NCBI RefSeq assembly: GCF_022045235.1
Contig: NW_027266266.1
Location: 22,940,001 to 23,004,000, forward strand
Reading direction: 5' to 3'
DNA length: 64,000 bases
Origin: Haliotis cracherodii
Lineage: Eukaryota
Below the pieces are notes generated by a model. It was not told the origin of the DNA and made no database searches. It saw only the letters and a list, made by a program, of their open reading frames with translations. The translations under genes and the position numbers were made by a program. Below are positions 11,901-25,700 of this stretch, piece by piece (position 1 is the first letter of the stretch; the number at the start of each line of letters is the position of its first letter).

Positions 11901-14191
11901 TGAATACCCCACTCAGACACAGTAAACTGACTCCGAGCCGACCAGTCCCTATTTTAGACCCTTTATGCCGAGCGCCAGACAGGGTAACAACAAGTACCAT
12001 CTTTTAACGTCTTTTGGTATGACGCGGTCGGGGATCGAACCTCGGACCTTCCCCTCTCCGGGTAGACCACGGTGGCGGTCTCCCAAGTACAAACCTTGAT
12101 AATCGATATAACTGGAATATCGCTGACTGCGTAAAACAACATTCACTCTTTCGGCACCACTCACCTGTAACCCCGTCTTGAAAGGGTAATAGCCAGACAT
12201 GAACGCACTTCTCGACCTGCGTGTAGGACATGTATAAATATACCACACAAAATAAGTTAAGGAACACCCGATTTGTTCTATAGTTAATTTACCATGCCAT
12301 GACAGGTGAAGTACAGTATTAGGACTTGAATCGGGTGTTCTTTACCTTACATTAGCATACATTGTAAACTATCGTCGTAAATCGCGAAGGCATGGCCAAC
12401 ACTGGTAACCGTTATACAAAATATATTCACCGGAATAAATCTTCATATGCCATAGTGTATCACCATAACTAGGGACTTGCTGAGATTCTGTACACAAAAT
12501 TGTCACCAGGGTCGCCGTTCAACGGATGAGTGAGGTATCTTTTTCTTTGGTGTCGTATATTAGGCTAAAAAATAAAAGTCTTGGTTCTCAGGCCATGCCC
12601 ACATCAACATAAAGTTCATTGCACTTTTCGTTTTTGCTTCCAATTTATATTTATTTTTTCCTGCATTGTGTTTAAGTATGAGGATTTTTATATTTTTTGG
12701 AAAATGGAAATAAAAACAAAACGTGCTGCAGACTTTATGATGATACGGGTGGTGCCTGAGGACCAAGACTGCACGGACTGCAGAGGGGGTGGACATAAGA
12801 TTGTTTCAGTCTCAAGTCTTCCACTACTCACGGACTGCAGAGCGGTTGGACATAGGAATGATTCAGTATCAAGCCTTCCACTACTCACGGACTGCAGAGC
12901 GGTTGGACATAGGAATGATTCAGTATCAAGCCTTCTGTTGCCAGCTTGTCGATGTTGGGTGTGATCATATCGGGGTTATGAAAGCCAACATCGTTCCATC
13001 CTGAAAATCATTTCAAAAGCTGAAATCATCTGTTCAGACAGATGATAATATACCACACTGATATCAGTGAGGTGCGCGTTCAAATACAAAGGCATCAGTT
13101 AAAATGTCTGCAATCGCTGATGGTATGGTGAATTACACAATTCCAATATAATTTCTAATTCAGCACAGATTATACCATATCATTGTTGGCCAAACGCTTC
13201 TTCGTTAGGCTTAATACAGTATTGCGCGTAGGTTCGAGTCACAGATTCGTGCCATGTACGCTTCAGTCTTCTCTCGCCGCGCCAAATTAGTAAACTTCTA
13301 CTAACTGCATCACTACGGGCCTTCTCAGTATGGACCGCCTCCGTGGTCTAGTGGTAGAGCGTCGGCCCGGAGAGCGGTAGGTCCGGGGTTCGATCCACAG
13401 CCGCGTCATACCAAAAGACGTTAAAAGATTGTACTTGTTGTTACCCTGTCTGGCGCTCGGCATTAAGGGGCTCGGAGTCAGTATTCTGTGTCTGAGTGGG
13501 GTATTCATCTTAAACTGCGGCGTGGTATCTCAGTGTGCTAGCACTATAAATTGGCATGCAGCCACACAAACACACACACGTACATGCATGTCGCTATATG
13601 AGTGCAATAATCTTGGACGCAACGTTAAACCCCATTACACCTCAGCTCACCTCACCTTCTCAATATAAGGTTGACCTTGATGTAACTCACTTAATAATAA
13701 AACTCTGGCATTAAAGGGCAAATTTTACAGGATCAGTCATAAATTATTCAAAATGATATACGATACTGCACCGAAGATTAATGAACATGTGACAAATCAT
13801 TCACTTGCAGAATAGAATGAAGTAATTTTAACCTGTGAATATATGCTAATAACTGATGTCGTATTTTATCCTCTGACTACAAAAGGTTTCATACATAAAA
13901 CGACGTTTAACTACTAGTATGTGTACATAGTGAGTTCACTCAATGGTTTCAGTGAATTGTCCGTACAGGAACACATGATATCCAGAAAAATGAAAATTCT
14001 CTTTATGAAATAGTGTAACGCTTGTTGAACAGTTTCCCAAATTGCAGCTTGGGGAAATTAAATTTTCGAATTCAAATCATACCGAGATCATCCGCCACTA
14101 TGAAGACAATATGGCGTGGACGTCCTGCTGCAGAAACGTCATCACAGAGGTTGACGATGACCAAAACTGTGCACAATAACTGGACAAACAT
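2449..14191 (-). CDS. Arylsulfatase B-like (ARSB/ARSI/ARSJ family) gene, copy 2, complete, 13 exons, ~481 aa
   Basis: Phase-consistent exons: 14191-14083, 13000-12889, 12216-12165, 11057-10954, 10324-10153, 8941-8840, 8744-8681, 8135-8038, 6104-5968, 5095-5037, 4116-3993, 3095-2959, 2624-2449 (1446 nt). Motifs: ADDLG, CSP|SR (formylglycine motif), [48 protein letters not shown]-terminal WSPGWC. Confidence 0.93.
2742..2882. repeat. GA-rich low-complexity tract
   Basis: (GA)n/(GAGT)n-rich tract in the last arylsulfatase intron. Confidence 0.8.
5907..5948. repeat. (TTG)n microsatellite
   Basis: Pure TTG run in an intron, about 20 bp from the donor at 5967. Confidence 0.95.
7233..7408. mobile_element. 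Tc1/mariner-pogo-type MITE (CAGT termini, TA TSD)
   Basis: TA|CAGTAAACTACGGTTATAACGAAC...GTTCGTTATAACCGTAGTTTACTG|TA with internal TATAACGAAC repeats; second copy at 61157-61331. Confidence 0.88.
8942..9835. repeat. 14-bp minisatellite ending exactly at an arylsulfatase 3' splice site (~60+ units)
   Basis: Units on the - strand are CATCAC(A/T)GTTTCAG and CATCACAGTTTTGG; the last TTTCAG is the acceptor of exon 8941-8840. Confidence 0.93.
10370..10490. repeat. Compound (CTG/CTA/TTG)n microsatellite
   Basis: Trinucleotide runs that produce a spurious poly-Leu ORF. Confidence 0.85.
11141..11306 (+). mobile_element. Short tRNA-derived SINE, family A (~165 bp), representative copy with 15-bp TSD
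   Basis: A box TAGTGG, B box GGTTCGATTCCC, (CTCA)n tail; TSD TCAGAACGTTGTAAC at 11126-11140 and 11307-11321. Other copies at about 6114-6280(-), 7440-7567, 7695-7870(-), 11335-11468, 20977-21132, 22125-22290, 31938-32105, 36395-36520, 44705-44878(-), 57997-58160, 59275-59400(-). Confidence 0.9.
12775..12936. repeat. 57-bp tandem array (3 units) made of arylsulfatase copy-2 exon-2 end plus donor
   Basis: Units start at 12775, 12832 and 12889; same unit as at 1-364. Confidence 0.92.
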
Positions 14192-15859
14192 CACTTAGAC
14201 AAGTATTAAAAGTGATGTCTTATTTCCTCGGTAAGAACGCTAGAACTTAACCTTAGAAACAATTGCCTGTGATTAACCATATCACCTTCTGACCTGACAC
14301 CGTTCGTGCGTCAGTGTTGTATTCCACAATACTGCTACTACCGTAAATCCTCTACCGTTTCAACATTCTTTATCAACCAGATCAGAAGCTCTGGAGTACA
14401 CCTTAGAGGCCGTCGAAAAAGGGTTGCGTGACACCTTTTCCAGTACTTATATTCAACTGAGCACTTCAGTTGCAGGACCCGTGAAGATCAGGGTTAGAAT
14501 AGATCATCGGCAACCAACGCATGTATAAGAGGTGACTAACGGGATCGGGTGGTCAGGTTCGCTGACTTGTTTCATGCATGTCATCGTATCCCAATTGCGT
14601 AGATCGATGCTCATGTCACTCACTGGATTGTCTTGTCCAGACTCGATTATTTACATATCGCCTCATTTACCTGGAATATTTCCGAGTGCGGCGTTAAACA
14701 ACAAACAAACAAACAACTAAACATACTTGCAAGCACAACTTGCAAGCACAACTTTATGTTGGGCATAAATAATTAAAAATAACTAAAGGAGGATAAAAAA
14801 AAGAACCCAGACATACTTCAGGCCATACTATTATATGAAATACATTATTAGACGCAGCATTCTGTGAGCATTCATTTTTATTGTTTTTCCATTCATTGTT
14901 GTCTGCAAAGTTCATATCCAACCTGGATGAATGGAACCTATACTGAGTGTACATGACCACATAAATTACAGGAGTGCTTCAGACGGTTCTGTTATCTATG
15001 ATATCATCTTGAAAAACATATTTTTCATAAGCATGTCTGCACTATAGTATGTATGTTAAATTGCACTATATTCCTCTGTACCGACTGGAAGAAATGCTTC
15101 CAAACGTTCCAGAAAGTGTTTCCATACTTAATACACAAAAACCGTCGCAACCTTTTTCTGATATACGTTTTTGGTTGCGTGCATCAGATTAACCTCTGAT
15201 CTTTTCGCAGATATTCTTCTTTAGTTATTATTTGTATTTTTTATATATTGAAAGTATGATGAACTTTGATGCCATATGTTTCCTTTCTTATGTTGCCCTG
15301 GGTTGCATGTCAAAAGTAACTTGGTAGGATCGATATATCGGGGTAAAGATTTTCAAAGTGTGTTTTGCTTTGTTTTGCGGTACATGTCTTCGAAACCCTA
15401 CTCCTCTGAACAAACTTTAAGAATTAACTATATTTAATACCTCGTATCGTGTTAGCCGTTAACCGATATCGCCTTTTGTTGTATACATTTGGGATTCTCC
15501 TTCTGATTGATAAGTTTTCATATAATGTACTTTTCTAAATCGTAAGTGAAAGTCTATCTTTATCCAGAGCTTAACGTCGAAATATATGATGGAATTCATG
15601 AGATATTGACGGAGAGTGCACATAGACGTTGTTTTCTGGGTACATTATTCCAGGAGTCAGTCTCGATTGGAAATGTGTGGTTATTAATGCGAAATTTTAA
15701 GAGCGGATAATAAATTTAGTGAGGGAGATAGAGATAGTTTTCAAAAAATGACATTTCTTTACAGAATGGAAACCTTTTGAACTCGACAATATTGAACTTC
15801 TCAAGGAGTGTGAAACATTATCGGTCTTTCTACAGACGAGACTGGCCACTTGGTTTTGT

Positions 15860-16030
15860 ATTCACATAACATACATTGTATCATAAACAATCCCAACCAC
15901 TCCGTCTCCTGGCAGCATACTAAGTCCCTCTATACAAACACACGCAACTGGAGGAAGCGCAAGCTTCAAGAAGCTATCCACATCAGATGAGCCAAGCTAT
16001 TAATCGGGACCTGGGAGTTTCCCTCACCAT
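15860..16030 (+). mobile_element. Penelope-like GIY-YIG C-terminal remnant
   Basis: Translates NPNHSVSWQHTK..NWRKRKLQEAIHIR*..INRDLG, resembling the end of Penelope endonuclease domains. Confidence 0.55.
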
Positions 16031-16756
16031 TACAATACAATATATTGTATATACATAAATAACAGGCTAAGAGGGACTGACAAAGATGATTTGTATATAT
16101 GCATCGTGTAGAGTGAGTTAGTTCTGTTTTACGCCGCTTTTAGCAATATTTCAGCAAAATTAAGGAGTAGGACACCAGATGAGGCCACGTTCCTTCTCTA
16201 AATGTTTCATGAATTGATGAGAATTCAGCATAAGAGAAAATATTGCAAACTATCTTTAGAAATCATATTTTCATGTTGAAAAAATGATATTTTGAATTTG
16301 AAAAAATACTAAATACTTTACTTTTGGCTAAAATGTGTTTGAAACGCGAATTTGCCTGTGTAGATTTTACAAGCGCCTCACTTGTTTGTTATTGTGCTAC
16401 TTTAGAGTTATTTGCCCTTGAATAATTAAAAAGCAAACTGCCATGACTACTAAAAAAGATTGGCGGTTTTATTAAGTCAGTGATGAGTAATATTAAGAGC
16501 AAGATGGTATTCAAATGATATAACATCGAGTTAAAATGCCATTGACTCAGATATATATTTATTATCATACAAACTCTTGCAAACGCTACGAAAATAATAT
16601 GCAAGATTCGTATTGGTTTTCCGCTACATGTTTTATAATTGAATGTTTAAATCAATGGCGATAACGCACGCCATCGCAAGACGATGATGATTTAGGAAAC
16701 GGAATTAAACCTGGAGATAACAATTTGAGCTGTCACAGGTCGGCTAAACAACAATC

Positions 16757-19700
16757 ATGGGAGTGGCTGAAGACCTGAAAAGGACCAACAAGGGACTGCT
16801 TCGGTATAAGCGCGAGCTGAGCTCGGAGCTCGTGCAGGTGCGCTTAGCCTTTTAACAATATTAATATGTAACATATTTTTACCATATGGCTAGTAGTTAT
16901 TCATGATCATGTTACATGTTAACTGTCCAAGAATAGGGTTCAGTTCGCAAAATCGGTTCAACAACTGTTCAACTTGATACACGACTTGAAAGGATGAACG
17001 CACATTTTTTATCAATCTACTGTTGATTCGGTTGAAAAAATACCCTTCAAAGACTTTGTATTATTTTATCAGAATATATATTCCATTATCGAGTTATTTT
17101 GGTTGGAGCTTTTACTATATATATTTATCATTATAGCACTTTGATTCAACTGTTGTTATTGCTGCACATGTTTTATGTAGGAACAATGTGCTCAGTCACC
17201 GTTGAGGACTTCCGTATTCTTGCTACAGCAAATGAATGAAAGCAAAATGCTAATATCAGAATTAGAACCGACAAAAATTATATATATATATATTATCAGC
17301 AGTTATCAACATCAAGGAACAATATCCCAAATTCCCATGCATCTGAAGCTGTACACTGGTACAAACTTATATCACGGGTACGTCTTTGTAACAATCTAAT
17401 ACTGTAAACAGGGAATTTTTTGCGACCGTTTTATTATTGCGAGTTTAGCGAACGAGACTCAATCGCAAAAATTAAAAACGCAAAAATAAGTATAAATAAT
17501 ACATACATACTTTATTCATTGCAACACGTCATCAAATGTTGAAATCATCAACCAGAAACACAAGTTACTCAATAAGTTAAAAACACAAATGAATGCAGAA
17601 TGGTCACACAATACATCACAAATAACAGTGTAAACAGACCAATTAGTGTCACTGTTGCCTCACAGTAATCCTGCCTTCTTCCAACCTCGCTTGATTGCGT
17701 CAGTGTCCTTTGCAATTTTGTCCACACAGGAAACAAGTCATCTTGCGTGAATCGGTTTCATGACACTGGTCAACTTTCCGGCCAACTCAGATTAACTAGC
17801 TTCGGAGAGAAGCTGTCTATTGTTTGGTAATCAAGGTGTCATCTCAACACGGCAACTCGCAAAAATATCTCGTCGCAGTATTGTCTTTGGTGTGGTATTC
17901 ACAATATTTTAACGGCGCAGAAATAAAGCTGTTTACAGTATTTTAAAATATATGTAGCATTTCAGGATATTACACCCTGTGTTCGTTCGGGTAGATGACA
18001 CTAATTGGCATCTGGTGATTACTCAGGGTAATTAAACCAGCATCGGCGAGATGGCTACGAGTTGGAACATTGTTTCCCTTAAATCATTCTTACTTTCTCC
18101 TGTGATATTGATTAAGATTACCACTGTTTCAGAAACTGACAGAGGAGGTATCTGCCCCTCCTAAGTTGTATATCTACCACCCGGAAAACCAATCCTATAG
18201 AAGAGAAGGCAAGGTTGTTCCAAGTCTACAAAGTCCAGATGAGAAGCAAGACAAAGGGTAATTAAAAATCACTAAACATGTTATCCATAAAAAGTGTCTT
18301 GTATTCATGTTCTCCCAACTTATAAATGCAGATCAAAGACTTTAATTATGAACAAGACTAAAATGTTTCTATCTGACTGTTCCCAGCAAAGATGAAGCAG
18401 AGGACCTGGATGTGTCAGCATCCTCCAGTAAAACTGTTAATGGGGTGGGGGACAGCACCAAGCAGGACAGACCTCTGCCGGCCAGCGTCAAGCTGTATAC
18501 ATCACCTCCTGTGTCCCCAGACTATGGACGCACCAGTTTACAGATCCGCCACTACGAAGTCATGTGTGACAACAAGGCTAAGGTCTGATTGGTTGATTTT
18601 TTATATTTAGTTCGACCTATGTCCAACTTTATGTCCAAAAATTGGTTACCTGAACCTTGATTACAGAGCAGAAAGGGAAGTTTATTAGTTGATGATCTAT
18701 TAAATGTGAGCACTGAGCCTGGTGTTGTGGGTGTGTCTAATAGTTATTATCTATTTATCATTTTCATAAACATTTGATTAATACATGATTGATATAATAT
18801 ATAAACAATATGATGCTTTAGCATATGTTTGGATCATTTTGTTAAATCAAGTAAATGAGCCTGAAACATTTGTTCTACGAGTCTTCATATTTTTATTGAA
18901 CATGTTGAACTTGCTCCCCAACATCTTCCTGTTAACTAACTTTAAAAGTCCAGTTTCCACCCTTACCGAACTAGGCTGGAATTACTGGGCTCGATTGAAG
19001 CGCCACCAGTGGCTATTACCAGTTACATCCCTTCTAAGCCTCTCCTATGGACCAATCAGATTCCACCTTTCGTATCACTTGCGTTTGCTTCACACAAAAT
19101 GGTGGCGCCGAGTCAGGACGATCTGATCGATAATCAAGATCTACATTGTGATAAAACGGGTCTTACATCGCGAAGTGCATCAAATCACGTGAGCACCTTG
19201 ACGATGGTTGGCGATGCAAATGCTTTGCAAATCCTGCAATCGACCAAAATCTGCACGAAAGTTTACGAACCAGATTTCGGTGCGCGATTTTGATTCGACT
19301 ATGTAAAGACTCGTAAGTCCAGCCAAAATGTAACTCCATAATACCAGCCTAGTTCGGCAAGGATGGAAACTGGACTTTTATAGTCAGTTAACTCTCCTGC
19401 CTCGGGAAGATGGCTCCCCACCAGCCTATCCTGGGCGTGAGAGGAGACTATATACATTGGATGGTCAGATTCTGTGACATGGTTGACTGTACCCAGACGA
19501 CGTGAATCATTCTCACAGTATCAGTTGCCGGATTGTCTGGTCCAGAATTGATTAGACCTGTGAAGAATATTCACAGACCACTGTGGTATAGCTGGAACAT
19601 TGATGAGTTTATTGTTATTCAACAAACAAAACAAAAACAAACCTTTGGGGCTGTACTGTTTACAATGTGTGGTCCAAGTGTGCAGTTACACATGTGAGTA

Positions 19701-22700
19701 TTTCATCCCTCCGTGGTACAAATTCCAGGGTCTGATTGAAGCCAAGAGGAAGGAGTTTGAGAGGATGGACCAAGAGCTGCAGCTGATGGTGGAGGAGAAG
19801 GCCAACGAGCTGGAGGAGAAGCAGCGGGAGGAGATGAGGAAGCTGTACGAGCAGACATCCAGATTACAGCTGAAGGAGTGAGTCACACTGGACATTTCTA
19901 TAGTCAGGCCGGAGAGCTTTTATTTCTTGGTTAATTTTTGGGTGTGAACAATCCTCATCAGGGTGTGTGAGATATTTTGGAATTTTTTATCATCATGAAC
20001 ATATTTATTATTGTTCAAAATGTTCACTGAAAGTGTTGTACATTGTCTGTGTCCTGTTCCACAAAGTGATTGTTGATTACAACATGAAATTCCAACCAAT
20101 AATCTTGATTCTTTATTCTTTTCTCATTCTTTTGTCTCATGTAGAAACATTAGATTGACTGTAACAAATAGAAAGGATTTCATTGAGTATATGGCTTTTA
20201 AATTTGATTGATTTACACATTAACTTCATAATACAGCAGTAATACTAGGTTGGGCTAGTTTACTTTACAAAGGCATGAACTTTTAACAATAAGGTAAATT
20301 ACAACACAAACCTGGAAATTACTTTAAGTACATAATAGTCCAATAAAATGTACAGAAACAATGCCTTAACTGCACTAAATAAACAGGAAGCTTAATATAT
20401 CATATACCTTTCATAAATTTAGGCCATGAGAATATTATGAACTAAGAAGAAATCTCTAGGGCGTATTTCCATGAGCCAAGTCTAAACCAGCCACAAACCC
20501 TCAATTATGAAAAATTAAGTTACTATGTATGGTAGAAATTAAGAAGATAAATTTATAAACAAATTCCTATTTATGAATTTTCAAATGAGTGACTAAATGT
20601 GCCTTACCATTACTTTAGACCTCACTGGCTCCTAGCATGACTTCCTCATGCATGCTGCTTAAAACACATGGTCATATGACTTCACCAATCTTTGCTTATC
20701 TCCCTTCTTATTAAGGTTGATATAAAATTGGCACATGATCAAAAATGAAACATAACATTCAAAACCAGGAAATTAAATAAACATCCTAACCATAACAATT
20801 ATTTAATATTGTATGCTACTGTTGTTATATGCAATACATAATTTGTGGAAATTCTAGAAACCAGATTTCATACCTCCTGAACCAATTAAGCTATCATAAT
20901 CGATAGAAAATAACAATAAACATTTTGACCATTACAGCGCTGTTAGCACTAAGTTGATGGTAACTCACTAAATATGCGGGGTCGGTGGGGTAGCCTTAAG
21001 CGTTAGCTCGTCACGCCGAAGACCCGGATTCAATTCCCGACTTGGGTACAATGTATTAAGCCCATTTCTGGTGTCCCCCATCGTGATATTGTAGAATATT
21101 GCTAAAAGTTGCGTAAATCCATACTCACTCACATAGTATGCAATCTTCACTTCCTGTTACGATCGTCCGTCCATTACACAAAGCAGTCTGAACTAAGATA
21201 CTTGTAAGTTAAGCTCAAGTGCTAAGCTGCTCTGGACTAACTTAGAATTGCTAAAATAGATCTTTTGCCAAAGCAACAAAGATGGTGACATTCCTAATGA
21301 TGTTGGATGAAATGAATCGAGTATTTAAGAAAGAAAGGAGACACTACCCGACAGCTTGACATATTCTCCGATGATGAACTGCAGCCATGGTATTTCTATG
21401 CAATGACATGCCTCTTAAAGCTGCTAGAACTTAGAAGCAGTGTCTCCATTCCTTACATCAAGTTACTCCTAGTCAAGACTTGATTGTTTACAGGAACATG
21501 ATATGGCTGGAATATTGCTGACTGTCTCAACATTCACTCACTCACTTTACGTCAGTGCCTCACCTCACATTATCTGGGGGGCGGTCGGGTAGCCTAGTGG
21601 TTAAAGCGTTCGCTCGTCACGCCGAAGACACAGGTTCGATTCCCGACATGGGTACAATGTGTGAAGCCCATTTCTGGTGTCCCCTGCCGTGATATTGCTG
21701 GAATATTGCTAAAAGCGGCGTAAAACCATACTCACTCACTCACTCACATTATCTGACTTGTGCTGCAGGAAAGCCGAGACAAGCAAGAGGATTCAGCAGA
21801 TGAGAGACAGCCATCGAACGAGGAAAAAGGTCAGTGGTTTGGAAGTTGAATTGTTCTTGTATCGTATCAAATGTTGGAACTTGTATCGTATCAAAAGTTT
21901 GATCTTGTATTGTATCAAATGTTTGATCTTGTATTGTATCAATGTTTGATCTTGTATCGTATCAAAAGTTTTGATCTTATATCATATCAATCAGATGTTT
22001 GATCTTGTATCGTATCAAAAGTTTTGATATCGCATCAATCAGATGTTTGATCTTGTATCATATCAGAAGTTTTGATATTGTAATGTATCAAAAGTTTTGA
22101 TCTTGTATCGATCAAATGTTTGATGGGGCGGTCGGGTAGCCCAGTGGTTAAAGCGTTTGTCCATCAAACTGAGGACCCAGGTTCGATTCCCAACATTGAT
22201 ACAATATGTGAAGCCCATTTCTGGTGTAGCTCGCCATGATATTGCTGGAATATTGCTAAAAGCTGCGTAAAACCATACTCACTCACTCACTCAAATGTTT
22301 GATCTTGTATTGTATCAAAAGTTTTGATCTTGTATCGTATCAAATGTTTTGATCTTGTATCATATTCAAACCCTTTTTCTAGAGTTACTTCAGTGAATGA
22401 GATTACGAATCACATGTCTATTGATCAGGTTTTGTTGCTAAGATAATCTCCAAAAGTCAGTTAACATATGTTGTTTTGAGTCTCGGATGGCAGTGCATCA
22501 TTTGCATCTTGTGCATCTTGGGTTGTGACAACAACTCTACATAACATATGGGGACATAGTCACGTCACGTATCACAGAACTTAATTTGTCCTGGTTTTCA
22601 TGAATTCTCTTTTTTCAGGGTGACCTTGCTTACCAAAGGTTATCGCAATTAACAGGTTTGTGTTTCAGTCATGACTGGTTACATTAGGCTCTTTCTTATA

Positions 22701-25700
22701 GGATTATCACTGATTATACAATCTGATTTGACATTATATTTTCTGGTCAGTGTAACACTCATCTTCCCGAGGCAAGAGAGTTAACTGAATTTTAAAGTCC
22801 AGTTTCCACCCTTGCCGAACTAGGATGGAATTCCTCGGCTCGATCGTAGCGCCACCAGTGGCTGTTACAAGTTAAGTCCCTTCTCTGCCTGTCCTATGGA
22901 CCAATCAGATTCCACCTCTTGTATCACTTGCATTTGCTTCAAACAAAATGGCGGCGCACAGTCAAGAGGATCGGATCGACCATCAAGATCTATTTTGTGA
23001 TAAAACGGTTCTTACTTCAGGAAGTACATCAAATCACGTGAGCACCTTGATTAAAAACATGAAAAGATTTGGAAAATATCTGTTGACAACAAGTTGGCGA
23101 TGCACATGCTGTGCAAATCCTGCAATCGACCGAAATCAGCACGACAGTTTACGAACCGGATTTCGATTTCGGGGCGCGATTTTGATTGGACTATGCATAG
23201 ACTCGTTAGTTCAGCCAAAATCTAACTCCATAATACCAGCCTAGTTCGGCAAGGGTGGAAACTGGACTTTTATAGTCAGTTAACGTCCTTGCCTCGGGAA
23301 GATGTATAACACTAGTCGGTGTAGTTCTCAGGCCAGGTTATGCAAAAGTACATGTACTACTTTTGAAAATAGATACATGGGAAGGCATTACATCTGTAAA
23401 TCCTTATCCTGTTTTTTGCATCAATTTTCAATTTGAGTAATGTGTGGGATATTTTGCTTCTTAGTAAAGTTACTAAAATTCTGATTTTTTAACTTATCCT
23501 ATCTTACACTGCACAATTCTTCCCTCTTCCTTCGATCCTATGTGGAAACATGCTAAAACAAAGTTTCCAATCTCATTAAAATCAGAACTTAGTTCTCGCT
23601 ACCGTTAAACAAAGATCTGAGAACACCAAATTACGGGTCACGTCAGACCAACCTTTAGCGAACTTTGACCGACAATTGGAATGACTGACAAGAAGTCGAC
23701 ATTAGCCAATCAGAAGGCAGCTTTCGTGCTTTACAGCACTAATTTCAAAATGGCAACGACGCTTCAAAATATAGTTTGACAAATTCTCGATTAAAAACAT
23801 TAAACCTGAACGAAAGAACACTCTTGAATGGCTTATTGATGGCCTAGATTGTATGAATTCAGTCGTTAAGACTGTAACTATCGTTCAGAATCCCTTTTGT
23901 TAAAGTTTTAGAGGTTGCATGATTAGAAATCACATTCTGTCACTTTCATGGTCTGGTAAGCAACACTCTGATTGGGCAGATGAAAGGTCGTTCTGACGTG
24001 ACCCCTAATGGGATGTCCTCAGATCTTTGTTTAGCGGTAGCGAGAACTTAGATCTGATTTAAATGAGATTGCAAAGTTTCCAGCTTCTAAAAACATTTCA
24101 CCCGAACACATCCCAGCATCACCAATTAAATTAGCTCATGCACTGTAATCCTGTGTGTTGTGACCTTAGTCGAATTGATCTCCTGATTACCCGTGACTAC
24201 CTCTGCCACACCTCAAGGCTGTGGCGCCACTCAGACGCTCTTGGAAGAGACTCTTCATCCACGGCAGCCACCGCGGAAGACTCCTGTACAACAGCCTACT
24301 TCTGGTGCCAATACTTGTCGTAAAAGGCGACTAACAGGATTGGGTGGTCAGGTTCACTGACTTGGTTGATGCATGTCATTAATCCCAATTGCGTGGATCG
24401 ATGCTCATGATATTAATCACTGGATTGTCTGGGCCAGACTCGATCATTTACAGACCGTGGTCATATAGCTGGAATATTGCTGAGTGCGGCATTAAACAAC
24501 AAACTAACCAACCAACCATCTGGTGGTGCTCGACTATCCTTCGCGTCCACGTCTTCGCTGGGTTGCCACAAGGAAGGCCGTTTCAGCAGTGTCCTGAGCC
24601 CTCACCTGCTCACCTCTGCCCAGTGCATGTTATGTCTTAGTATTGGTTTAATGATCCTCTTCTGGATGTTGTCGTTCCCTCTTTTCATCTAAGCATACTT
24701 CAATCCCACAAACATGATTGATGACTTTGACGAAGTTTTAAAAGATATGCCAAGTGGGCTCACCCTATTGTCCGTAGGAGATAGTGGGGTGGTCTGTCTT
24801 GTAGAACTGATTGACTGGAGACCACTTTCGGATTGGTTATGACTATGAGTCGTTGCTGAATAGGCCCCTATTCTTGGCTATGCAGTTGTTCATGTAACAA
24901 TGTCGTAGGGGTGTCACGATAAATCGAAATATCGATATAGTACTGTTGGTAAGTCAATAAATCGATCTTTAAATCAGTTTCCGATCAATAGTGTCGATTT
25001 CAGATAAGAATATTGTTACCGAAACACGCTTGTGAACGCAGCTGAGTGAGGATTATAGTTAACTGCACTTGATGCTTAGAAACCGGTCTTACTTAAAGTA
25101 AAAAAATAGGGTAAAGAAACAACAAATCAGTCATATCTCAAACTTTACTTTTTGTTTGTTGTTATGGTTATCACATTCAAAGGAAACTTCAGTTCCAAGG
25201 TTTGATTCAACTCTAAAATCCATCTGAAATGATACACTGAAAACTATCGATATTTATCGCAATAGTTGCTTGTGATATCAATAAATAGCTATCACAATAG
25301 TTTCTTTCAATATCCAGGGATGTGAAATCTCCGCGGAAACGCGGAAAATCGCGTTTTTTAAAACAGTAGTCCTCGGAAAAAATCATCTTCAGCGTAAAAA
25401 TTAGATAATATAAAAAAAAACAAAAAAACTCCGAAAAGTATGATCGAAAACCGGACAATTGCCGCGGATTGTCCTGTTTTCGATCAGAGCTTTCACAAGC
25501 ATAGGTTTTCGGACATCATACGTTTTTTGTCACGAATACTTGCACTATAACGTGGGGTGTGGCGTCACACAGGTTTGTTTTTCAGATAAAGTTGTCTTTT
25601 AGCCTGTAAGTGAATGAGATGTTTTACAGTTGTTCATGTGATAAGCGAGAAAACTATGAATGTTTCTTCAGGGTCCAAAACCCCATGTCATGGGGATATA

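Noticed and set aside
17181-17399. Possible extra GLE1 exon after TTTTATGTAG
   Set aside because: No convincing phase-0 donor, and the model is in frame and of expected length without it. It cannot be fully excluded.
22948-23244. Repeated ~98-aa ORF (also 19009 and 45107)
   Set aside because: Internal to MITE family D, no transposase motifs, and disrupted in other copies.
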